DNA of 41,977 nt from a virus (taxonomy: Duplodnaviria; Caudoviricetes): positions 1 to 41,977 of the IMG/VR virus record IMGVR_UViG_3300025018_001803; one strand, 5' to 3'. Positions 35,197 through 41,977 of the stretch are shown piece after piece. A program made the translations under genes and the position numbers. A model generated the notes under the pieces. It was not told the origin of the DNA and made no database searches. It was given only the letters and a program-made list of their open reading frames with translations. Each line of letters opens with the position of its first letter. The first letter of the stretch is position 1.

Positions 35197-35235
35197 GCAG
35201 CTATCTACGATATAGCTTCCACGTTCTTAAACTTC

Positions 35236-37416
35236 CTAGAAACCTAATCCGAAGCCTAATCCGAAGCCGATTTTAGTATTGATTGTTGAAGATGAGCTTC
35301 CACCGGCTGAAGCGATCCAGGAGCCATTTGCGACATTCGACCAAACGCCAGCAGTAGCGTCACCACCTGACTCTAAATATGTGAATTCAGATGGGAACGG
35401 GATTTCTAATCCCGCAGCGGTTCCTTGCTGCGCGTCTAACGGCTGTAGACTGAATGGGCTTACCGTTGGATCTGCATTGAAGAATGAACCAGTTCTTGAA
35501 TTCGTCCCAGTTTCTTGTGCAGGATTCACGAAATGGTTATCGTCAAACGTTACCCCAGTTGGGAGATTTCCAATCGACTGGAATACGCATCTCCTAACCT
35601 CATTGATTCCAGTTGCGGTGATACTGCCCCAATCTGCCGTTGCTCCAAAGCTACAGTAGTGAAACAGGCAATCCGTCATCCCATTTACAGGGCTGAGGTC
35701 AGAGATGTTTCCGAGGCTTCCATCTCCGCAGTTGACGATTGCCATTCTTGTCATAGCACCATTGTTTGATGCCCAGACTCGAGTTGATTGACAATCTTCA
35801 ACTCTGACATCAGCTATGATCGTGTCTGTCGTCGCTAGGAAGAACTGCCAAACATCAGGATGCACTGCATCAACAAACGGGTATGGGTTCCCTCCTCCAT
35901 CATCACGAAGCCTATTGGTGGTTCTGATGCGCCATCTTGCTAGTGAAAACGTTGAGACGTATCCGTGAGTTGGCCATGCGACATCAATGTATGGGCCAGT
36001 TCCATTCGTCCCGCTTCCTGTGACCAGCAAACCCGTCGATCCTGATTGAGGAGTCGTCCCATTGTAGATTGTGAGCCCCCACAGATCTGAAAGTTCAAGT
36101 TCAGCTCCGTAGACGCTAAGATCTGGGAGATCGATTGACTCTGACGGGTTTCCGTAATCACCAAGTGGATTTACGTCAGATCCTGCACTCTGCTGAATTC
36201 TAACGTTGTTTGCGTCCAGAACCTGGATTTCAACACCGCTATCGACTTCGCAGTCGATTAGACCTGAAACTGTGTGATCATATCTCTGAGATTCGATCAA
36301 ACAGCTACAGAGCATGTTTGAAGGGTTATATCCTGTTGACTGATGGCAGATGCCGGTCCAATCAGTAATTCTATTCCCGTGAAGCCAACTGAGTCCGACG
36401 AATGCGTTGTCGGTCCCCTTTACGTGAACGTTCGTCGCACCAATTTCACCGAAACCAGCATTGCCATTTGCAACGTGGTTGAACAAACGAACTTTCGTTT
36501 CAGAGAATCTGACAGACCACTTGTTTGATAGAGACCACGCAGGGTGGCCAAAGCTACCTCCTTCAGCATGAAGATAGGTATCAGTACCTGCATTCGTGAA
36601 AACGAACATGTCACCACGAACTAGGGATGGGCCATCACCTTCAAATACGACTAGAAGACGAACTGTGTCATCGTCTCCAGCTCCAGTGTTTGGGCGTAGG
36701 TATAGGACGTCACTCCCACCTCCAGACCATGAAACATCGCCATTGCTAGTTATTGCCCCAGGTCTTGTGATGCTCGCTCCATCAGTGACCCTTAGAGTCA
36801 CCCACCAGTGATCCCCAGTGTGGAGATCAGTCGACATGCCGAACGAGTATCCGCTCCAACTGTGAACGCCAGGAAGCAGAACGACTTCAGCTCCTCCGAG
36901 GTTTCGAGTAGTGTGAGCTAAGTCAAAACCCTTCTGGATATTTAGAACGGGATTCCCGGACGTGAGTCCGTCGTTTGAATCATTGCCAGTCGGAGACACA
37001 TAAATGACTTTCGAACTCGGCCTCGTGTCTGTTGTCTTGTTGTTGTAGACCTTCAGAGTCGGAAGGCTTGTTGTGCTTCCGGCAGCGGTAGTTACAACAC
37101 ATGTGATCGTAATCGTTCCGTTCGAATAGTCTGATGCCAACAGATCCATGCCGTAGGCAAAGATTGAAGGCATGGTTGTCGTCCCAGTGATAGGTGAGAC
37201 TGTCTGAGTGTAATTTGGCGTTCTGATCGATGGCGTTGTAATCGCAGCTTGCGCAACATCGTTGATTGTGAACACTACTGAGGCGATCCCACCTTCTCCG
37301 CCGCTGCCGGTCGCTACGTGGTTCGTTACAGCGAGAACGTCTAGAGAAAGAGAGTCACCACTATCTGTAAATCGATGACCGGTTCTAGTGACCCACTTTG
37401 CAATCGGGACTACCAC
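35236..37416 (-). CDS. putative head spike fibre: right-handed beta-helix (pectin-lyase-like/DUF1565) protein with a C-terminal (Gly-Phe/Leu)5 anchor
   Basis: VIYVSPTGNDSNDG...NIQKG...VVLLPGVH beta-helix cap, HPDVWQ motif, C-terminus SAGGSSSST-INTKIGFGLGFGLGF; GTG start overlaps the spike-base stop. Confidence 0.75.
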   Translation of the reverse strand: MVVPIAKWVTRTGHRFTDSGDSLSLDVLAVTNHVATGSGGEGGIASVVFTINDVAQAAITTPSIRTPNYTQTVSPITGTTTMPSIFAYGMDLLASDYSNGTITITCVVTTAAGSTTSLPTLKVYNNKTTDTRPSSKVIYVSPTGNDSNDGLTSGNPVLNIQKGFDLAHTTRNLGGAEVVLLPGVHSWSGYSFGMSTDLHTGDHWWVTLRVTDGASITRPGAITSNGDVSWSGGGSDVLYLRPNTGAGDDDTVRLLVVFEGDGPSLVRGDMFVFTNAGTDTYLHAEGGSFGHPAWSLSNKWSVRFSETKVRLFNHVANGNAGFGEIGATNVHVKGTDNAFVGLSWLHGNRITDWTGICHQSTGYNPSNMLCSCLIESQRYDHTVSGLIDCEVDSGVEIQVLDANNVRIQQSAGSDVNPLGDYGNPSESIDLPDLSVYGAELELSDLWGLTIYNGTTPQSGSTGLLVTGSGTNGTGPYIDVAWPTHGYVSTFSLARWRIRTTNRLRDDGGGNPYPFVDAVHPDVWQFFLATTDTIIADVRVEDCQSTRVWASNNGAMTRMAIVNCGDGSLGNISDLSPVNGMTDCLFHYCSFGATADWGSITATGINEVRRCVFQSIGNLPTGVTFDDNHFVNPAQETGTNSRTGSFFNADPTVSPFSLQPLDAQQGTAAGLEIPFPSEFTYLESGGDATAGVWSNVANGSWIASAGGSSSSTINTKIGFGLGFGLGF

Positions 37417-37664
37417 CAGCCAACGATCCCTGTTGCAGTGGTCCCTGTCGCGAGAACTCTCGAGGCGCTGAACGCCAAGACCTCACCTGCGGAGACCGCA
37501 TATGTGATGTCAGTTCCATCTACGTCCCTGACAGCGACATTCCCAGCAGCTCCAATTCTGAGCGCTCTTGGGCGAGGATCATAGACAGTCGAATCACTCG
37601 GAGTGATCGATGCATGGTTTTTAGATGATCCTGAATCGTTTCTCTCGTAGTTAGCAGCAGCCAT
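37410..37664 (-). CDS. head spike base protein (RcGTA Rcc01079 family)
   Basis: 84 aa; ITPSDST...RALRIGAAGNVAVR..DGT.IT...AGEVL....RVLATGTTATGIV is the family signature as I recall it. Confidence 0.88.
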   Translation of the reverse strand: MAAANYERNDSGSSKNHASITPSDSTVYDPRPRALRIGAAGNVAVRDVDGTDITYAVSAGEVLAFSASRVLATGTTATGIVGWW

Positions 37665-37817
37665 GCTAACGCATACAAGTTTCACGAATTCCTACATCTT
37701 CAATATGAAGAGCGATATATGATGAGAAACAGCCTTTGAGGTTGGCGTATCTCGGCATTTTGCATGCACAGCATACCAATACCACTATCTGCGCCAATAT
37801 GGCGATCTCGGTGCCTT

Positions 37818-38075
37818 CTAGCCGTTCTCAGCAGGATTTGGCTTAAACTCAGCGTATAGCGTGCAATCAAGCCCAATTGGAAAGAACCCCTTCCCATTCA
37901 GCTGCAAAAAGTCGCCAGCACGCACATTTCCAAGCTTCAAAAGATGTTTATCACCAATCTCATCAATCAAATCTGAGATTGTTGAAATGGCGGCAGTCCT
38001 CGCGTTCATCGGATATGGTCGCATCGAATCCTTCATATCTTCAAGGAGCTTCAAGATTCGTTGCTTATCTATCAT
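37818..38075 (-). CDS. hypothetical protein
   Basis: 85-aa ORF overlapping the upstream gene. Confidence 0.6.
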   Translation of the reverse strand: MIDKQRILKLLEDMKDSMRPYPMNARTAAISTISDLIDEIGDKHLLKLGNVRAGDFLQLNGKGFFPIGLDCTLYAEFKPNPAENG

Positions 38076-38409
38076 GGTTCTTCAGTTTCTTGATAGCTGA
38101 ATCGAGATGGCGACTGAGAATCACTCTTTTCTCTTGAAGAGTTTCAGCAGCGATATAGATCTTTCTCAATCGTGCGATTGAAAACTTGATCAATGCCGTT
38201 CCTGGTTGAGGCTCAAATCCCCCAGGCGTGATCTTGACCACGCGGCTTTCTATCATCTCTTGAGTGAAGATGTCAGAGTGGTATTTGATCGTTCTCTTTA
38301 TCTTTTCAGGAAGGAGTCTTCTTCCAGCCCTGAGAACTTTTTCAAGAGCGATCATCTCAGGTCCGCTAAGCCTTACTTCGATAAATGAATCTTTCACTGA
38401 ATTGACCAT
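38065..38409 (-). CDS. hypothetical protein
   Basis: 114-aa ORF in a tightly packed cluster. Confidence 0.6.
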   Translation of the reverse strand: MVNSVKDSFIEVRLSGPEMIALEKVLRAGRRLLPEKIKRTIKYHSDIFTQEMIESRVVKITPGGFEPQPGTALIKFSIARLRKIYIAAETLQEKRVILSRHLDSAIKKLKNHDR

Positions 38410-38410
38410 C

Positions 38411-38635
38411 TCAAGAAAGAAGTTCGCTATCAGAATCCTGGTTCACAACAATCGGCTCGTATTCGACGAGAGATTCGATATCTTTCGGCTTTCCGTAGTG
38501 CCGTGCGTAAGTGAGGCCGCCAGCAACCTTCAAAGCGCCGCAAATACACGATCCAATAGGATCTTGAACTGTAACTTCAACTACCGTAGAGCAGATCGTG
38601 CATCTGGCGGCATTACGCTTGATTCTATTTACCAT
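38411..38635 (-). CDS. small phage Zn-ribbon protein
   Basis: IKRNAARCTIC...SCICGALKVAGG..YAR pattern; AGGAG Shine-Dalgarno. Confidence 0.7.
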   Translation of the reverse strand: MVNRIKRNAARCTICSTVVEVTVQDPIGSCICGALKVAGGLTYARHYGKPKDIESLVEYEPIVVNQDSDSELLS

Positions 38636-38646
38636 GTTACTCCTGC

Positions 38647-39276
38647 TTACGAGTCTTCGTTTTGAAGAATGTAGTCAACTGATTCTTCTCTATTTTCTTG
38701 CATCCTGTCGCTGAAACACTTCTGGATGGCGCAAAGAAGAGCGTGATCATAGCTATAACTCTCGATATCGCAGAACTTCTCTCGGAGATAATCAGAATAG
38801 CATTGGTTTGAAAACCAATTGAGCCCGTAGCCGAAAGCGGAATTGATTCCGTGAGTTTTTGGAACCCAATCTCCAATGATCGTTATTCCTTCTTGTGTGA
38901 TAACAATCATACAGCTCATCATACGGCTTTCTGGACTTGTTTTGATGTATGCGATGAAGACCTGCTCGTCTTTCTTGATGACTTCAAGAATCATCTGAGA
39001 GAATCTCTCATCTAAATCCTCTTTCATTTTTGCAAAGCGAGCAGAAGGGCTTTTGAATCCTTCTGGCAACTCTTCGGCGACAAGAACGTCATACTCATAG
39101 CCAAATCTGATGAGAAACTCTTTTTCGCATGAATCGCACTTAATTGAGTCGCCTTCACAAGATTCATCTCGCTCAATAACAAGACCGTAGTCATACAGAT
39201 CTTCGATCTCGTAATCGCAAAATGGGCACTCGATCTTGCACCAAGTGCCATATTTTTCATCTATTGAACTACTCAT
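38647..39276 (-). CDS. hypothetical protein with N-terminal CxxC...CxxC Zn ribbon
   Basis: CPFC...CDSC; start reassigned to ATG 39276, which overlaps the upstream stop. Confidence 0.65.
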   Translation of the reverse strand: MSSSIDEKYGTWCKIECPFCDYEIEDLYDYGLVIERDESCEGDSIKCDSCEKEFLIRFGYEYDVLVAEELPEGFKSPSARFAKMKEDLDERFSQMILEVIKKDEQVFIAYIKTSPESRMMSCMIVITQEGITIIGDWVPKTHGINSAFGYGLNWFSNQCYSDYLREKFCDIESYSYDHALLCAIQKCFSDRMQENREESVDYILQNEDS

Positions 39277-39556
39277 GCGTGTGCCCATTGACGTGACCGT
39301 ATATTTCGATGAGCATCTGATGATACCCTTCGCACACCTCTCGGATTGTATCCGACATCTCTGAGACGCTGTTAGCGATGATGTTCGCGCCAGCAGCATC
39401 AGTAGGCTTCCCCTGAACTGCTAATTCACGCGCTTCTTCTTTCGACTTCAAGCAAGAGTTTTCAAGCACGTTCGCCCAATCGAGCAAAAGGCTGATCATC
39501 TGGTGTTTCCGGACTAGCGACTCTTTGAATCGCGCCTCTTTGTTGTCTGCGCTCAT
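39269..39556 (-). CDS. hypothetical protein
   Basis: 95-aa helical ORF, ATGA-coupled. Confidence 0.6.
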   Translation of the reverse strand: MSADNKEARFKESLVRKHQMISLLLDWANVLENSCLKSKEEARELAVQGKPTDAAGANIIANSVSEMSDTIREVCEGYHQMLIEIYGHVNGHTHE

Positions 39557-39846
39557 TGTGTGATCGGGTTGTCAACGTATCCTTTGAAGATCATTACTCG
39601 ATGACCTTCATCGATTTTGCCATTCCAGACGTAATGGTAGAACTTTGAATCTTTTGGGAATGGGTGCCCGTGGTTTGAGATATTTATCTCTTGAATCAAA
39701 GGGTCTTCATCTACATGGACTGGAACTATGATGTTCTCTATATCGTGCTTAAGGTGCTGCCGATGCCCATCGAGAACGCCATCTTTAAGGAGGTAGCGAT
39801 ACAACAAGTATGCGTGCCTAGGAAGAAGATCCTGAATAATTGCCAT
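39553..39846 (-). CDS. hypothetical protein
   Basis: Start reassigned to ATG 39846, downstream of the tRNA; TCGTA 9 nt upstream. Confidence 0.6.
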   Translation of the reverse strand: MAIIQDLLPRHAYLLYRYLLKDGVLDGHRQHLKHDIENIIVPVHVDEDPLIQEINISNHGHPFPKDSKFYHYVWNGKIDEGHRVMIFKGYVDNPITQ

Positions 39847-39893
39847 GCTAGCAAATACGAGTTCTTCTACGCAGAAGTGCAATTTCTGCGGAA

Positions 39894-39969
39894 TGGTATG
39901 TCCGGCTGGGCTCGAACCAGCGACTTTCGGTTTAGAAGACCGATGCTCTTCCTGCTGAGCTACGGACAC
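39894..39969 (-). tRNA. tRNA-Arg (anticodon UCU)
   Basis: Cloverleaf GTGTCCG-TA-GCTC-AGCAGGAA-GAGC-A-TCGGT-CTTCTAA-ACCGA-AAGTC-GCTGG-TTCGAGC-CCAGC-CGGACAT-A-CCA, 76 nt with encoded CCA. Confidence 0.96.
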
Positions 39970-39977
39970 AAATAAAT

Positions 39978-40016
39978 GAGGTCGCGTTGTGACTTGCCCA
40001 ACCACAACGCGACCTC
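39978..40016 (-). other. perfect 14-bp hairpin just 5' of the tRNA (terminator-like or processing stem)
   Basis: GAGGTCGCGTTGTG-11 nt-CACAACGCGACCTC followed by ATTTATTT on the minus strand. Confidence 0.6.
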
Positions 40017-40074
40017 GACTCGACAAAGCAAGAGCCGCCTCTACGTCTCTTGCTCCCACGCCACCCTATACCAG

Positions 40075-41274
40075 CTAAGCAGTCTTTTGAAAGTAGGCAT
40101 TCCAAGAATTGGAGCACATACCTCTGATTCCGAAAACGGTGTAGTCTTCACCCCAAGGGAGATTGACACCATTTTGAATCAAATTCTGGTTATGATGTTC
40201 TTCAATTCCATCCATCCAATTCGTGACCATTCCGCAGAACGCATCTCCGAGATTGTGTTCGAGACCCATCATCTTGAATGCGAGAACGGTTCCGACAGCG
40301 GCGCCCATCACGTGCGGCAGATACCCCTTCGTCGCCCATTTTTCGTAGTCGGTCCATCGGCTTGGGTCTTTGAACATCCAGTTCGCATCAACCCAGTGCT
40401 TCTTCCAGCCATAGTTCCCTCCCCAGAAGGTTGCTGGCTGGCCTTGATAGCATGCATGTCTCTCAAGCAAGTTCGTGCCTACGAAAGCGGCAGGGTTCAT
40501 GATATTCTGAGAATTGAGCAGATAGCCACAGAGAATCACCAGAGGCGTTCTTCCGAACATATGGCCACCGTCAACCATCCAGTTTTCTCTTCCGTCAATG
40601 AATGCCGCTGCAAGGTCCAATCCTCTTTGGACCATTGCAACTGCGAGTCTCATCTTCTGATCGAATCCAATCTTGCTGCAAAGGGCAACAAGGGCATCTG
40701 AGACGTCAGATGCGTAGTAGCTTCCATAGCCTTGATGTTGAAGGTCTGGCGTTCTGGTGTCGGTCGACCAGTATGAGAATACGTCGCCACTGAACTTCTC
40801 AAATCTCTTGATCGTCTTTTCGACATCATACTCAGGAGGAAGATCGATCTCCGACGGCAGCTTGGAGATGTCGACGTTCGATTTTAGGATTGGAAGAGAT
40901 CTGAAGAATGCGACAATCGGATTGGATGCTGACCCGATAACCGGCGGCCTCATGACCTCTTCAGATTGTTTTGGCCAGGGGACGCTAACACAAGCGATCG
41001 CATCAGCGTTGACACTTCTTCCTTCAACGCCATTCCAGAAACCAGGTCTTGCCTCGCCAGCATTCATCTGTCTGAAGCTAATACCAGCGTCCCCAGGCTG
41101 AAGAGTATGTGTTCCCATCACAACGTCGTCAGTAGAAGATCCCGGCCTGTTCTTCTGAACGTAGCTGACTGTCGCAGGTCCGTGGATGATCAGACCGCTA
41201 TCGTCCGTTACTGTAAGATCACTCTCTGTTTCGACAGTGATTGAATGCCCGCCGCTAACGTGTGTATGAATCAT
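40075..41274 (-). CDS. hypothetical protein, enzyme-like helical C-terminal domain
   Basis: 399 aa; HQGYG, VQRGLDL, DGGHMFGR motifs; GAGGA Shine-Dalgarno and TATAAT upstream. Confidence 0.75.
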   Translation of the reverse strand: MIHTHVSGGHSITVETESDLTVTDDSGLIIHGPATVSYVQKNRPGSSTDDVVMGTHTLQPGDAGISFRQMNAGEARPGFWNGVEGRSVNADAIACVSVPWPKQSEEVMRPPVIGSASNPIVAFFRSLPILKSNVDISKLPSEIDLPPEYDVEKTIKRFEKFSGDVFSYWSTDTRTPDLQHQGYGSYYASDVSDALVALCSKIGFDQKMRLAVAMVQRGLDLAAAFIDGRENWMVDGGHMFGRTPLVILCGYLLNSQNIMNPAAFVGTNLLERHACYQGQPATFWGGNYGWKKHWVDANWMFKDPSRWTDYEKWATKGYLPHVMGAAVGTVLAFKMMGLEHNLGDAFCGMVTNWMDGIEEHHNQNLIQNGVNLPWGEDYTVFGIRGMCSNSWNAYFQKTA

Positions 41275-41290
41275 TTTCCTCTAGTGCCAA

Positions 41291-41296
41291 ATTATA
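41291..41296 (-). promoter_or_regulatory. sigma70-type -10 element (TATAAT) for the 399-aa gene
   Basis: Perfect TATAAT 16 nt upstream of ATG 41274 in the divergent intergenic region; no good -35 found. Confidence 0.45.
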
Positions 41297-41463
41297 CATT
41301 TTTCATTAGGGGGCTACTGCCTAATTCTTGCATGCAATACTCGTAACAGTAGGTGTGCATGGTGCAAAAGCGGTAATCCAAGTTGATAGGCTACAGAGAT
41401 AATGACCGAAGAACAAAAGAAGCACGAGGCGGCGATTGAGGCTATGGATAAGGAGACACAACA

Positions 41464-41592
41464 ATGAATGCCACAGAACTGCAAAAGATCTTTGAAAACC
41501 ACGCGCTCTGGCTGAGCGGTGCCGACATGCGTGTGGCTCTGGGTAAGGAGGCACAGCAAGTCGCCGCGAAGCAACAAGAGAACCAAAGATGA
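41464..41592 (+). CDS. 42-aa truncated paralog of the pentapeptide-repeat protein N-terminus (possible relic)
   Basis: MNATELQKIFENHALWLSGADMRV...; AAGGAG Shine-Dalgarno; ATGA coupling to the next gene. Confidence 0.55.
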   Translation: MNATELQKIFENHALWLSGADMRVALGKEAQQVAAKQQENQR

Positions 41593-41894
41593 CCGACCAA
41601 AAAGCCACGATCGCCAAGATCACCGAACTCCAGGACAACTCCATGGCTACCTGGGATACCTGCGTCTGGACCTGCCTATCGCCTGAAGGCGACCTGATTG
41701 TGGAATCGCACGAGAGGGCCAAGGTGGACGCCGATTCTGCCGCTCAGTCCTGGGCGCTGGCAATCGCCGCCGCCACCACGGGAGATATCGAACTCGCTCT
41801 GATCGAGTTGCGCGCTGCTCGCTACCTGGCGTCCGAGTGGGGCGACTCTCAATACGAGGATGCGGCCATTGCGCTCCTGGAGGCGCAGCGATGA
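41589..41894 (+). CDS. hypothetical protein (GC-rich, divergent early-type gene)
   Basis: 101-aa ORF with ATGA overlaps at both ends. Confidence 0.65.
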   Translation: MTDQKATIAKITELQDNSMATWDTCVWTCLSPEGDLIVESHERAKVDADSAAQSWALAIAAATTGDIELALIELRAARYLASEWGDSQYEDAAIALLEAQR

Positions 41895-41977
41895 ATGCCG
41901 ACGAACTACAGAAGATCCTTGAAGATCACGCGCTGTGGCTCGAGGGGAAGGGAGGGGCTCGGGCCGACCTGCACGGG
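41891..41977 (+). CDS. pentapeptide-repeat protein, 5' fragment (runs off the window)
   Basis: MNADELQKILEDHALWLEGKGGARADLHG is the usual N-cap plus the first ADLxG repeat of phage pentapeptide-repeat proteins. Confidence 0.75.
   Translation, partial: MNADELQKILEDHALWLEGKGGARADLHG

Noticed and set aside
35236-37664. Window being a gene transfer agent because of the RcGTA-like spike base
   Set aside because: The helicase, tRNA, intein, long tape measure, many small hypotheticals and lack of host flanking genes indicate a genuine phage.
37665-37820. TAG stop-codon reassignment (three in-frame TAGs after the 85-aa ORF)
   Set aside because: Long genes are intact in the standard code, several TAG stops overlap the next start (e.g. 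1956, 37410), and the tRNA is not a suppressor.
39277-39399. N-terminal extension of the 250-aa ORF in the track
   Set aside because: It overlaps the upstream 95-aa gene; ATG 39276 gives normal stop-start coupling.
39847-40059. N-terminal extension of the 168-aa ORF in the track
   Set aside because: It runs through the tRNA and hairpins; ATG 39846 is the more plausible start.
39976-40701. 241-aa plus-strand ORF
   Set aside because: Antisense to the 399-aa gene; no independent support.

Overview
This window is about 42 kb of a tailed dsDNA phage (Caudoviricetes, siphovirus-type; no sheath gene seen) and holds almost the whole morphogenesis region, all on the minus strand. In transcription order (right to left): a 399-aa unknown, tRNA-Arg(UCU), small hypotheticals, a head-spike base (RcGTA Rcc01079-like) with a 726-aa beta-helix head fibre, small terminase, an HU/IHF-like protein, large terminase with a LAGLIDADG intein, portal, protease/scaffold, capsid cement, major capsid, a GT4 glycosyltransferase, a holin-like protein plus a lipoprotein, head-tail connectors, tail tube, a tandem SGNH esterase, tail chaperone(s), tape measure, a six-module distal-tail-like protein, a 2146-aa hub/fibre with a collagen segment, a lectin-tipped fibre and an SF2 helicase. 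A structured ori-like intergenic region lies at the left end, and GC-rich divergent plus-strand genes begin at the right end. Most interesting: (1) a head fibre whose five-fold Gly-hydrophobic anchor is at the C-terminus instead of the N-terminus; (2) a +1 frameshift (UCC_UUU_CGA) in the tail chaperone; (3) a single-chain six-repeat Dit-like protein; (4) a possible virion glycosylation system (GT4 plus hydrophobic-Ser-Gly enrichment in surface proteins); (5) a recurring TCGTA/TTGTA motif just upstream of starts, most of which lack a Shine-Dalgarno sequence. All calls come from motif recognition and gene order by eye; no searches were run and counts are manual.
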